From the NCBI GenBank assembly GCA_028876695.1, contig JAGWRH010000111.1, positions 1 through 33,459 on the forward strand: a stretch of DNA of 33,459 nucleotides. The letters run 5' to 3'. The notes below the pieces were generated by a model. That model did no database searches. It worked only from the letters and a program-made list of their open reading frames with translations, and was not told where the DNA came from. Every line of letters starts with the position of its first letter. Positions within the stretch are counted from its first letter, which is position 1. Of the stretch, positions 18,558 through 27,921 are shown in pieces. Position numbers and translations under genes: made by a program. Source of the DNA: Acidobacteriota bacterium. GTDB lineage: Bacteria; Acidobacteriota; Terriglobia; Acidiferrales; UBA7541.

Positions 18558-19993
18558 GGTCGTAATCCCTCATTCGACGGCATTGGCACGAGTGAGACGT
18601 CCGCGATCCAAAGGGTTCCAGAAAGTTTGTTGTCGAATAGACGACTCGGCGGACGGATCAGGCGCACGACGACGAAGTGTGTCTGCGGGCTCACTACGAA
18701 ATCGGCGTCCACAGGTGACCAGCCGTGCGATCCGGTGAAGTTGTTCGTCACTACGTCGACCGCACTGGCGTGATTCGGATCGGTAATCGAGAAGCGCGGC
18801 CCGCTTTCGGTGGTAATTGAATCGGTTCGCATCAATGCGTGGAAATGGTAGGCCTGGCCCGGCTCAACCGGGACGTATTGGTACGGCCCCTCCAGATCCA
18901 GGTTCGAGCCGCCATTGAAATCCAGCCGTAGCGCGCGCGCGCCGTCACCAGACGGAGCCGTTTCGAACGCTACATACACTCCTGTCATTGGAGTCCATCG
19001 CCAGCCGAGCCCTCCGTCGGCAAAATCCGTGACAAAATCGCCGTTCCACAAGACGGATCGCGACTCACCGTGACCCGGACGGGCTTCGCTGGAGGCGACC
19101 TGCGACCACACGCGCCGCGCATCGTCGCTTCGGTCCTGCGCAATGAGTTCATTCAACAGGGGGAACGTGCTGGAGACCGCCACACCGACCCTCGATTCCG
19201 CCACACCCGTCCAGACGGAAAGAGCTGCGTCGCATTGGTGAATGCCCGCAAAATAGTCGATTGCCCGAAGGTAAGCGCTCGTGCTCGGCGGGAGCAGCCG
19301 ATCTACAATTTGACTCGCACTTCCTGTAGCACGCCACGCGCGGGAAATCGCCATGGGCAGCAGTGACGGGTCTTCTTCAACAGCGCGACGAAGCTGCGCG
19401 AAACCGGGCCCATAGTCCGCCTGCCGTAAAAGGAAGTTGCCATAGTAGAAAGCGACCTCGGCAGAATCCGGATACACCGCTTGCGCCCGGACGAACGCTT
19501 TGGCTGCTTCCCCAGCATTGCCTGACGCTTCTTCGGCGCTTGCGAGATCCATCCAATAATCGGCGGAACGCGGATCCTGGCGCAGCGCTCTGCGATAGGC
19601 ATCAATCGCGCCTCGCAAATCGGAGCCCGCGAGTTTCCATTGACGCAGATGCCCCAGATTGTCCCACGCCGCGGCGTCGCTGGGGATCAGTGTGGCACCG
19701 CGCTCAACGAGGCTGACGTTTTGCGAGTTGATCCAGCGATTCTCGATCCAAAGCTCGATAGCCTGGAAGATCAGCACGGCGGCGATCACAGCACAGCCCG
19801 CAATTACGAAGGTGCGATGGCGCGCATTCGTAAGCGCAATGTCCATAGACGCGTAATCTGCTATGAGGATGTCGAACCGCGCAAGTGCAATTTGGAATTT
19901 GCCATGGCAATCACGCGTCGGCTCGCCAATTGTTCGGACAAGGGGCGCGGGCAACGCGCCCACCTCAATATAGCGGCGTCCTTTCGCGCTCAT
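18554..19993 (-). CDS. Membrane-anchored TPR-repeat protein with C-terminal beta-sandwich (CBM-like) domain
   Basis: N-terminal TM segment [24 protein letters not shown]-like repeats include [61 protein letters not shown]. The last ~170 aa ([20 protein letters not shown]...[10 protein letters not shown]) look like a CBM4/9-type jelly roll. The start is uncertain (ATG at 19993 or an internal Met at 19846). Confidence 0.65.
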   Translation of the reverse strand: MSAKGRRYIEVGALPAPLVRTIGEPTRDCHGKFQIALARFDILIADYASMDIALTNARHRTFVIAGCAVIAAVLIFQAIELWIENRWINSQNVSLVERGATLIPSDAAAWDNLGHLRQWKLAGSDLRGAIDAYRRALRQDPRSADYWMDLASAEEASGNAGEAAKAFVRAQAVYPDSAEVAFYYGNFLLRQADYGPGFAQLRRAVEEDPSLLPMAISRAWRATGSASQIVDRLLPPSTSAYLRAIDYFAGIHQCDAALSVWTGVAESRVGVAVSSTFPLLNELIAQDRSDDARRVWSQVASSEARPGHGESRSVLWNGDFVTDFADGGLGWRWTPMTGVYVAFETAPSGDGARALRLDFNGGSNLDLEGPYQYVPVEPGQAYHFHALMRTDSITTESGPRFSITDPNHASAVDVVTNNFTGSHGWSPVDADFVVSPQTHFVVVRLIRPPSRLFDNKLSGTLWIADVSLVPMPSNEGLRP

Positions 19994-20060
19994 TCGGACC
20001 CGAGCGGTCTATGCAGGCGGAAGAAACGCAGATACAATCGTCACATTCCTCGAATCGCGA

Positions 20061-20762
20061 GTGCTGACGCGGGAATCGTTTGTGGAGCCTATACTCAAGA
20101 CCGAGAATCTTTGGAAGGTGTACCACGCCGGCAAAGTGGAAGTTCCCGCGCTGCGCGGCGTCAGCGTGGAAATCATGCCGGGAGAGTTCGTTTCCATTAT
20201 GGGCCCATCCGGCTGCGGAAAGTCCACTCTGCTGCACGTGATCGGGGGGCTTGCGAGCGCGACCAGCGGACGGGTGCTGCTCGACGGCAACGATTTGAGC
20301 GAGATGAGCGACGCGGCGCGGACGCAGTTGCGCCGTCATAAAGTTGGATTCGTATTCCAGCGTTTCAACCTGCTCCCGACGCTCGATACGTACCACAACA
20401 TCGCGCTGGCGCAGCACCTGCACGCGAATGGATTCGATCCGCACCGGTTCGATGTCGTCGTGGGCCTGCTTGGACTGAAGGATCGGCTGAAGCATAAACC
20501 TTCGGAGTTATCGGGCGGCGAACAGCAGCGGGTGGCCCTGGCGCGCGCGATCGTGAGCGAGCCAAAGATCGTGCTGGCGGACGAACCGACCGGGAACTTG
20601 GATACACGAAATTCAGAGGCGGTGCTCGCGTTGCTGCGGCAACTGAACAAGGAATTGGGGCAAACGATCGTGATGATCACGCACAACCCGGACGCGGCAA
20701 CCTATGGCAACCGCGTGCTGCACATGCGCGATGGAGCGGTGGTAAACGGCGTGGTGCATTGA
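20061..20762 (+). CDS. ABC transporter ATP-binding protein, LolD/MacB/FtsE subfamily
   Basis: GTG start. Walker [13 protein letters not shown]-loop, signature [14 protein letters not shown], Walker [13 protein letters not shown], and H-loop ITHN. Confidence 0.9.
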   Translation: MLTRESFVEPILKTENLWKVYHAGKVEVPALRGVSVEIMPGEFVSIMGPSGCGKSTLLHVIGGLASATSGRVLLDGNDLSEMSDAARTQLRRHKVGFVFQRFNLLPTLDTYHNIALAQHLHANGFDPHRFDVVVGLLGLKDRLKHKPSELSGGEQQRVALARAIVSEPKIVLADEPTGNLDTRNSEAVLALLRQLNKELGQTIVMITHNPDAATYGNRVLHMRDGAVVNGVVH

Positions 20763-21157
20763 TGCGTGCGTTTTGGCGAGCAATTGGCCGGGTGCTGTTT
20801 TGGTCGTATGAGCGCATGACGTGGCAATACGACGTGATGGTGGCGCTAATCGTCATGTTCGTGCTGTTCACGCCCAGGCATTGGTTTCATGATCAGCCGA
20901 GACCCACGGCCCATGTCGAGTTGCTTTCGCAAGACGCCGGCAAGCGAACCACTACGTATCGGGTGGAGTCCAGCGCCCTAGCTGGCGATAATCGTCCCCG
21001 AATGGTGGCAACCGACCTGATGCAGAAGCGCGCGCACGACGTGTTGAGTGATTCGGTTCGAGAACTGAGGGGAGGCGCGTTTCAGGTGGTGCGCGTCGAT
21101 CCCGAGCTTGCCAATGACGGCTCGGTGGCGTATTACGACGTGACCGTGCGGCGCTGA
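20762..21157 (+). CDS. Hypothetical single-pass membrane protein
   Basis: The ATG at 20762 overlaps the ABC ATPase stop (TGATG). There is one TM segment (YDVMVALIVMFVLFTP) followed by a ~90-aa soluble domain. I recognise no family. Confidence 0.5.
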   Translation: MRAFWRAIGRVLFWSYERMTWQYDVMVALIVMFVLFTPRHWFHDQPRPTAHVELLSQDAGKRTTTYRVESSALAGDNRPRMVATDLMQKRAHDVLSDSVRELRGGAFQVVRVDPELANDGSVAYYDVTVRR

Positions 21158-21191
21158 CGCGCTGGCCGGATAGCTTCATCGTTCAGGTGCC

Positions 21192-22622
21192 ATGATGGCC
21201 CGCCCAGAAACAACAACGTCGGCCCGCGAGCGGATGAGTGCGGCGATCCGCGATTTGCAGGAGCTTCTCGGCGGCCGCGCGACCACCGCGGACATTGTTC
21301 GCGAGCACCACAGCCATGGCGAGTCATACCATCCAGCTGCCGCTCCAGACGTGGTGTGCTTTCCGCATACGACGGAAGAGGTGAGCGAGATTCTGAAAGT
21401 CAGCCGCCGGCATCAGGTGCCGGTGATCCCGTTCGGCGCCGGCACTTCGATGGAGGGGCAGATCAACGCGATTCGCGGCGGAATCACGATCGATATGCGC
21501 GAGATGAACAAGATTCTGCGCATTAGTCCCGAGGATTTGCAGGCGACAGTGCAAGCGGGCGTACCGCGGAAGGAATTGCAAAGGGCGCTGGCCAATACCG
21601 GATTCACGTTTTTCATCGATCCGGGTGCGGATGCGACGATTGGGGGTATGACGTCAACGCGTGCTTCGGGAACCACGGCTGTGCGATACGGCACGATGCG
21701 GGAAAATGTGCTGGCGCTCACCGTGGTCCTCGCGGATGGACGCGTGATCCACACGGGATCGCGCGCTCGAAAATCCGCGGCTGGTTACGATCTGACGCAT
21801 CTTTTCGTCGGCGCGGAGGGCACGCTGGGCGTGATTACCGAAATCACGCTTCGCCTGCATCCGCTCCCTGAAGCGGCAGGCGCAGCCTGCGCAACATTTC
21901 CAACGGTTCGCGACGCGGTAGAGGCGGCGATCGGCGTCATTCAGCTTGGCGTGGCGGTGGCGCGCATCGAGTTGATGGACGAGGGGCAAATCGACGCATG
22001 CAATCGATATTCGAAAACGAGTTATCCGGTTGCGCCGATTTTATTTTTCGAGTTTCACAGCGACAGCACGCGCGGCGTGAACGAACAGGCCGAAACCGTC
22101 AGGAAATTGGCTGAAGAGAGCGGCGCGACGGGATTTCAATGGTTCACATCGCCTGAAGAGCGCGAGACGCTTTGGAAGATGCGCCATGAGGCCTACTTCG
22201 CCACGCTCGCGATCCGCCCCGGCGGTAAAACGTTTACGACGGACATCTGCGTGCCGATTTCGCGGCTGGCGGATTGCATCGTGGAATCGAAGAAGGACGT
22301 GGCGGACGCGCCGTTCCCTGCCGTGGTCGTCGGGCACGTGGGCGACGGAAACTTCCACATGGCTTTCGTGCTGGATCCGAATAATCCGGCGGAACACGAC
22401 GAAGCATTGCGGCTCGAGGAAAAGATCATCCGGCGCGCGCTGGAAATGGGGGGCACGTGCACGGGCGAACATGGCATCGGCTTCGGGCGCAAAAAATATT
22501 TGCCGGTTGAGCACGGGGCGGCACTGGAAGTGATGCGAGCGATCAAGCAGGCGCTCGATCCGGATGATCGGATGAATCCCGGGAAAATGGTGGATCCACG
22601 ACCGCTGGATGGCGCGGTTTAG
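21192..22622 (+). CDS. FAD-linked oxidase, D-lactate dehydrogenase (cytochrome) / glycolate oxidase GlcD-like
   Basis: 476 aa. The FAD_binding_4 pattern is VPVIPFGAGTSMEGQ. The C-terminal FAD-oxidase domain ends in GGTCTGEHGIGFGRKKYL...MRAIKQALDPDDRMNPGK, typical of GlcD/Dld. Confidence 0.9.
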   Translation: MMARPETTTSARERMSAAIRDLQELLGGRATTADIVREHHSHGESYHPAAAPDVVCFPHTTEEVSEILKVSRRHQVPVIPFGAGTSMEGQINAIRGGITIDMREMNKILRISPEDLQATVQAGVPRKELQRALANTGFTFFIDPGADATIGGMTSTRASGTTAVRYGTMRENVLALTVVLADGRVIHTGSRARKSAAGYDLTHLFVGAEGTLGVITEITLRLHPLPEAAGAACATFPTVRDAVEAAIGVIQLGVAVARIELMDEGQIDACNRYSKTSYPVAPILFFEFHSDSTRGVNEQAETVRKLAEESGATGFQWFTSPEERETLWKMRHEAYFATLAIRPGGKTFTTDICVPISRLADCIVESKKDVADAPFPAVVVGHVGDGNFHMAFVLDPNNPAEHDEALRLEEKIIRRALEMGGTCTGEHGIGFGRKKYLPVEHGAALEVMRAIKQALDPDDRMNPGKMVDPRPLDGAV

Positions 22623-22654
22623 CGCCGTGCGTTTCTAACTGCGGTAAAATTCCT

Positions 22655-23848
22655 TCAGCAGGCCCGTTTCCAGCTTGCGGGCGCGTCGATGTACGAGCGG
22701 TCAAGATCCGCGACCGAGGCACATCCGAGGAGCTTCAAAACGCGTTCCAAGTCGGCGCGAAGGATTTGAAGCGCGCGCGCAACGCCTGCTTCGCCCGCGG
22801 CGCTGAGTCCGTAGGCATAGGCGCGGCCGATGAGCACGGCGCGGGCGCCAAGGCAGATCGCCTTGGCAATGTCACTTCCGCGGCGCACACCACCATCCAT
22901 AAGGACAACACCGCGGCTGCCGACCGCCTCGACAACTTCCGGCAATGCACGGAGAGATGCCGCGACACAATCGAGTTGCCGCCCGCCGTGATTCGATACG
23001 ACAACTCCTGCAGCGCCCTCGTCCATCGAGCGGCGAGCGTCGTCGCCGGTAAGCACCCCTTTGACGATGATCGGTCCCTTCCAGGCATCGCGCAACCACC
23101 GAACGTCGCTCCACGTGACCACCGAACGGCTCAGCGCCGCCTGGGTTTCCGCCAGCGGCATCGCTCCGCGGCCGGGAACGATCACGTTGGGCAACGTCAG
23201 CATTCCGCCATCGCGCAAGAATCCGGCTAGCCAGCTTGGCTTCGCCAGCACTTGCGGCAAATGCGGGACCTTGGCGAGGAAGCTTGGTCCGGTGAGGGCG
23301 CCTGCGCCGTTGCGGACGTCGCGCTCGCGCAAACCGAACGTGCCAGTGTCGATCGTAATCGCCAGAACCGTGAATCCCGCCTTCTGAGCCCGTTCGAGGG
23401 TAGCTTCGGCGGCTTCGCGCCCGCCGACGAGATATAGCTGATACCAACGCGGCCCGCTGGAAGCCTGCGCTACATCTTCAAGCCGGCTGCCGGAGATGGT
23501 GGAAAGTACGTAACCTACGCCCGCCTTCCCGGCGGCCCGCGCCGCGACCACTTCACCGCGCGGCCACATCATTCGCGTGAATCCAACCGGCGCGAGCAAC
23601 AGTGGCATTGAAAGATTGCCGCCCAGTACCTCGGTGCGGATGTCGCATCGGTCCACAAACAGTGCGTTGCGTGGGCGGAATGTGACGTCCTCGAATGCGC
23701 GGACGTTTTCGCGCAGTGTGACTTCGCCCTCGGCGCCGCCATCGACGTACTCGAAGACTGCACGCGGCAACCGCCGCTGCGCCGCGCGGCGCAGATCCGC
23801 GATATTGACGACGCGCGGCAGCGCGACTCTGCGTTCCGCGCGCGTCAT
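22655..23848 (-). CDS. FMN-dependent alpha-hydroxy acid dehydrogenase/oxidase (LldD / mandelate dehydrogenase / glycolate oxidase family)
   Basis: The track ORF runs to 24307 and overlaps the divergent ThDP gene. I chose the ATG at 23848 (MTRAERRVALPRVVNIADLRRAAQRRLPRAVFEYVDGGAEGEVTLRENV). The diagnostic motif VVSNHGGRQLD is present. Product length is 397 aa. Confidence 0.9.
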   Translation of the reverse strand: MTRAERRVALPRVVNIADLRRAAQRRLPRAVFEYVDGGAEGEVTLRENVRAFEDVTFRPRNALFVDRCDIRTEVLGGNLSMPLLLAPVGFTRMMWPRGEVVAARAAGKAGVGYVLSTISGSRLEDVAQASSGPRWYQLYLVGGREAAEATLERAQKAGFTVLAITIDTGTFGLRERDVRNGAGALTGPSFLAKVPHLPQVLAKPSWLAGFLRDGGMLTLPNVIVPGRGAMPLAETQAALSRSVVTWSDVRWLRDAWKGPIIVKGVLTGDDARRSMDEGAAGVVVSNHGGRQLDCVAASLRALPEVVEAVGSRGVVLMDGGVRRGSDIAKAICLGARAVLIGRAYAYGLSAAGEAGVARALQILRADLERVLKLLGCASVADLDRSYIDAPASWKRAC

Positions 23849-23995
23849 CGCTGGTCGCCCTCTCTCGGCGAAGATACCACTCGATTGAGAAGGTGCAAGG
23901 AAACCCCTTTCGCGCGGCCATTCTACCCGGTATTCTCTAGATTTTGTTGGGCAGATATATGATCGGCAGCGCTGAGCGGTTCGAGGAGACCAGCA

Positions 23996-25642
23996 ATGAA
24001 GGCCGGTGACGCGATCGCGGAAATCCTCAAACGCGAGGGCGTCGAGATTATTTTTGGATACCCCGTAAATCACCTGCTCGAATCCGCGGCCGCGCTTGGG
24101 ATCCGCCCGATCATCGTGCGACAGGAGCGCGTTGGACTGCACATGGCGGATGCGCTTTCGCGCCTGAGCAGCGGCCGAAAGCTCGGGGTGTTCGCCATGC
24201 AGCACGGCCCGGGCGCTGAGAACTCGTTTGGCGGAGTGGCGCAGGCATTCAGCGAATCCGTGCCGATACTGGTGCTGCCGATGGGTTATCCGCGCCGCAT
24301 TGCGCAAATTGATCCCAATTTCCGCTCTGCGGTGAGCATGCAGACCGTGACGAAGTCCGCTGAAGCAATCTGGTCAACCGCCGAGATCCCAAACATCTTT
24401 CGCCGCGCGTTTTCGCGCCTTCGCAACGGACGCGGCGGGCCGGCAGTTATCGAGATACCGATGGACGTTTTTGGCGAGGAAGTTCCCGAGCCAATCGCGT
24501 ACGGGCCCGTTGTTTCCGCGCGGTATGCTCCGGATCCAGCGGAGGTCCGGCGCGCGGCACAGGCTTTGGTCGAAGCGAAAAACCCCGTCATCTATGCCGG
24601 GCAAGGCGTCCATTGGGCGCTCGCTTGGCGCGAACTGAAATCGCTGGCCGAGATGCTGGGCGCACCGGTGGCCACGAGCCTGCAAGGAAAGAGCGCGTTC
24701 CCGGAAAATCATCCGCTCGCGCTCGGCGCCGGAGGAAATTCGTTTCCGGCGACGGTGCCGCATTTTCTGCGGAACGCCGACTGGATTTTCGGCGTTGGCT
24801 GCAGCTTTACGCAAAGCACGTTCGCTGTGGCCATGCCGCCCGGCAAGAAGTTTATTCATGCCACGCTCGATCCGAATCACATCAACAAGGACGTGCCCGC
24901 TGAGATTGCTCTAATCGGAGACGCGCAGTTGACGCTTGAAGGGCTGTGCGGCGAACTGACCAAACTTTTGCGAATGCCTCAGCCGAGGTCATGGCCTGTG
25001 GAGGCTGAAATCGCGCGCGTCCGCGAGGCGTGGCTTGCCGAATGGTCCTCGCGCATTAATTCGGACGAGGAGCCGTTCTCGCCATACCGCGTACTACGCG
25101 ATTTGCAACGCACCGTGGATGTGGCTAACACAATCATCACGCACGACGCTGGGAGCCCGCGCGATCAGCTCGCGCCATTTTGGGTCAGCACGGAGCCGCT
25201 CAGTTATATTGGGTGGGGAAAGACGACGCAACTCGGCTATGGCCTCGGACTGGCGATGGGTGCGAAGCTCGCTTGTCCCAATAAGCTCTGCATCAATGTG
25301 TGGGGCGACGCGGCAATCGGCTTCACCGGCATGGATTTTGAAACCGCCGTGCGCGAACGGATCCCGATCCTCTCAATCCTCCTCAATAATTTCAGCATGG
25401 CCATGGAAATCCCGATCATGCCGATATCGACGGAAAAATATCGCTCGACGGATATTTCGGGCGACTACGCAGCCATGGCGCGTGCGTTCGGCGGATATGG
25501 CGAGCGGGTGACGTCGATCAAGGAAATCGTACCGGCGATTCGGCGCGGGATCGAGCAGACGCGCAAGGGCGTACCGGCCCTCCTGGAATTTATTACGAAG
25601 AAGGAGACCGCGCTATCGCGTCAATATCATTCGCCGAGCTAG
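23996..25642 (+). CDS. Thiamine-diphosphate-dependent enzyme (acetolactate synthase / benzoylformate decarboxylase superfamily)
   Basis: 548 aa with the three-domain layout. The N-terminal PYR domain has GVEIIFGYPVNHLL...HGPGAENSFGGVAQAFSESVPILVL. The ThDP motif is GDAAIGFTGMDFETAVRERIPILSILLNN. SD GAGGAG lies 8 nt upstream of the ATG. Confidence 0.9.
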   Translation: MKAGDAIAEILKREGVEIIFGYPVNHLLESAAALGIRPIIVRQERVGLHMADALSRLSSGRKLGVFAMQHGPGAENSFGGVAQAFSESVPILVLPMGYPRRIAQIDPNFRSAVSMQTVTKSAEAIWSTAEIPNIFRRAFSRLRNGRGGPAVIEIPMDVFGEEVPEPIAYGPVVSARYAPDPAEVRRAAQALVEAKNPVIYAGQGVHWALAWRELKSLAEMLGAPVATSLQGKSAFPENHPLALGAGGNSFPATVPHFLRNADWIFGVGCSFTQSTFAVAMPPGKKFIHATLDPNHINKDVPAEIALIGDAQLTLEGLCGELTKLLRMPQPRSWPVEAEIARVREAWLAEWSSRINSDEEPFSPYRVLRDLQRTVDVANTIITHDAGSPRDQLAPFWVSTEPLSYIGWGKTTQLGYGLGLAMGAKLACPNKLCINVWGDAAIGFTGMDFETAVRERIPILSILLNNFSMAMEIPIMPISTEKYRSTDISGDYAAMARAFGGYGERVTSIKEIVPAIRRGIEQTRKGVPALLEFITKKETALSRQYHSPS

Positions 25643-25660
25643 TACGAGCGCAAACCGGCC

Positions 25661-27712
25661 TCAGTTACCGGACGGCCGGGCCGGCTCCTCTGGGCCCGCA
25701 GCCGGCACGACCACAATCTGGCCGTACTCCCACGGATACTCCTTGCAGTGGTAGGCGTAGGTACCCGGCTTGTCGAACGTATGCTGCCCGATGTCGAGTG
25801 GATGGAGCGTACCCGTTGACCACGACCCGTCCACGGCAACGATCGTATGGTCGAGCACGCCGTTGTTTCGCCACATGACCCGGGTGCCAACGGTAACTTG
25901 CGCGCGATACGGATCGAACTCGTATTCGTCCTCGATCACGTGCTGGCCGGTAAGGCCCATGTCGCGTACGGCTGAAGCCGTAAGGATCGTATCGGTCTTG
26001 GTGACGGCCCCGGAGAAATCCTGCTGGGGAGGGGTCGGCGGCGCGGGCCGCTGCCCGATTGTTCCGCCCAGCTTGAACGCCCACACCTGGCCGCCCGCAA
26101 TGCTGACGATGTACTGCTCGCCCGCATTTTCAAACGCGACCGGCGGCCCGCCAATGGGCGACCCCGTCTGAAATTGCCACCGCAGAGAACCATTTGAGGC
26201 GTCGTACGCCTGCAGATTGCCATCGCCGGCCATCTGAAAAACCAAACCTCCCGCGGTCGCTAGGGCTCCGCTCGGTTTGCTATCGTGAAATTCCTTTTTC
26301 CAGGCGATCCGGTTCGTGCGGCTATCGATGGCGGCCAGAACTCCATAACCCATTTTGTTCAGACCCGGCACGCGATTGCTAAAACCCAGGCTGAAAAAGT
26401 CCGGATCTTTTGTCCGTCGAAACCACTGCAGCGCCGCATTTCCAGTAGCGTAAAAAAAATGCGTTTGCGGATCATAGGCCATCGGCGTGGAACGCATCCC
26501 GTACACGGGCTCGAGCAGATTCGGCTTGTCCACCGATCCGGGCGTAAAGAAGCATCCCAGATCGAAACCGGCGGGTATCTTTTGAGTTTTCCAATAATCG
26601 CAATCGGGAAGAACGGGTTCGGCACCGACGGGGTACGGTTGGGTTTTGGCCGTCTTTTGGTACGGATCCTGCGGTACGCGCCGCTCTTCAATGCGGCCGA
26701 GCGGTTTTCCCGTTTCGCGGTTGAACATAAACAGATATCCGTCGGTTCGGATTGCCGCGATCGCCTTTACCGTTTGACCGTTCGCGTCCGCATCGAACAG
26801 CACCGGAGATTCGGCGATGTCCGCTTCCCAAATGTCGTGGTGAACCACCTGGTAATACCAGCGCAGGTTGCCGGTTTTAGGATCCAGCGCGATCACGCAA
26901 TCGGTATAGAGATTATCCCCCGGCCGATATTCGCCGCCGTATTGCGGAACGGCATTGCCGGTCACGTAGAAGTCCACTCCGAGTTGCGGATCGTAAACTC
27001 CTTCAAGCCAAACGGCGCCGCCGCCGTGCAACCACGCGTTGTTATTCTTTGGCCATGTGTTGGAACCCGGCTGTCCCGGATTCGGCACCACATAAAAGCG
27101 CCATGCCTCTTTGCCGGTCATGGCATCGAATGCCACGATTTGTCCACGGTATCCATAATCCGCGTTCGTGCCGATCGACACGAGACCATCAGCAAACAAT
27201 GGAGCGCCGGAGGCGCCGCCGGTTGGTTCACCGGAGGGCGCAGCGAGCGAAACTTTCCAAACCGGTTCGCCGGTCTTCTCGCGCAGCGCGATCAAGCTCG
27301 CGTTAGCGGGATGCCACAGGCCGACGAAAACCATACCGTCGCCCACGGCCACGCCTCCATGCGACGGCTCCGTGCCGGCCGGAGCGTGATACTGCCATGC
27401 GACCTTTCCGGTGTTTATGTCGTACGCGTACACGTACGGCGGCGCGGTTACGAACATCAGCCCCTGGTCGACCACAGGCGTGGCGCGAGAACTCGGCGCC
27501 GGTACCATTTTGTCGGACACCCACGCCGCTCCCAGCTTGGTGACATTCTGGGCGTTGATGTCGCCGAGCGGAGAATATCGCTGATTATCCGCACCGTTCA
27601 CGGTGGACCACTGCGCGCTCGACGGCTGCGCGGCAATCGCGATGCATACGAGCACCGCGACCACCAACGCCCAAAACCGTGCCGCCTGCCATTTCCGCTG
27701 AGTTCGACGCAT
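25661..27712 (-). CDS. Periplasmic PQQ-dependent dehydrogenase (8-bladed propeller) fused to a C-terminal cupredoxin-like domain
   Basis: Sec signal MRRTQRKWQAARFWALVVAVLVCIAIAAQPSSA-QW. The quinoprotein pattern is GDNLYTDCVIALDPKTGNLRWYYQVVHHDIWEAD, with repeated W-motifs. The last ~93 aa (25664-25942) read FDPYRAQVTVGTRVMWRNNGVLDHTIV...GTYAYHCKEYPWEYGQIVVV, a plastocyanin/amicyanin-like layout. SD GGAGG is upstream. Confidence 0.85.
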   Translation of the reverse strand: MRRTQRKWQAARFWALVVAVLVCIAIAAQPSSAQWSTVNGADNQRYSPLGDINAQNVTKLGAAWVSDKMVPAPSSRATPVVDQGLMFVTAPPYVYAYDINTGKVAWQYHAPAGTEPSHGGVAVGDGMVFVGLWHPANASLIALREKTGEPVWKVSLAAPSGEPTGGASGAPLFADGLVSIGTNADYGYRGQIVAFDAMTGKEAWRFYVVPNPGQPGSNTWPKNNNAWLHGGGAVWLEGVYDPQLGVDFYVTGNAVPQYGGEYRPGDNLYTDCVIALDPKTGNLRWYYQVVHHDIWEADIAESPVLFDADANGQTVKAIAAIRTDGYLFMFNRETGKPLGRIEERRVPQDPYQKTAKTQPYPVGAEPVLPDCDYWKTQKIPAGFDLGCFFTPGSVDKPNLLEPVYGMRSTPMAYDPQTHFFYATGNAALQWFRRTKDPDFFSLGFSNRVPGLNKMGYGVLAAIDSRTNRIAWKKEFHDSKPSGALATAGGLVFQMAGDGNLQAYDASNGSLRWQFQTGSPIGGPPVAFENAGEQYIVSIAGGQVWAFKLGGTIGQRPAPPTPPQQDFSGAVTKTDTILTASAVRDMGLTGQHVIEDEYEFDPYRAQVTVGTRVMWRNNGVLDHTIVAVDGSWSTGTLHPLDIGQHTFDKPGTYAYHCKEYPWEYGQIVVVPAAGPEEPARPSGN

Positions 27713-27921
27713 GTTCCGTACGTCCTCCCGATACCTGAGTGCGTGTGCCGAAAAAATCCGGCGCGGTCACCGCCGCTTCTGTATACTTGCATCGTTCTAT
27801 TGTTGTCAAGACACCGTTGCCTCCCTGCCGGGCAGTCGCGTGGCCGCGGAAAAAGCTTCGGCGTTGAGCGCGGGCGCGGAGCTCTCTCTGATTAAGGAAG
27901 CAATTCGGGAGACGATTGACG

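Noticed and set aside
20061-20762. ABC ATPase as the missing Wzt partner of the ABC-2 permease at 8539-9411
   Set aside because: It is on the opposite strand and 10 kb away. Its sequence is of the LolD/MacB/FtsE type rather than the Wzt/TagH/KpsT type. I cannot exclude a partnership but see no support.
23849-24307. N-terminal 153-aa extension of the FMN dehydrogenase ORF
   Set aside because: It would overlap the divergent ThDP enzyme gene by about 300 nt. Homology-like sequence (LPRAVFEYVDGGA...) begins just after the ATG at 23848.
26285-27895. 536-aa + strand ORF, the longest unexplained ORF in the track
   Set aside because: It lies fully antisense to the PQQ dehydrogenase gene, and its product is Arg/Gly/His-rich with no motifs. 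This is a typical GC-rich antisense open frame.
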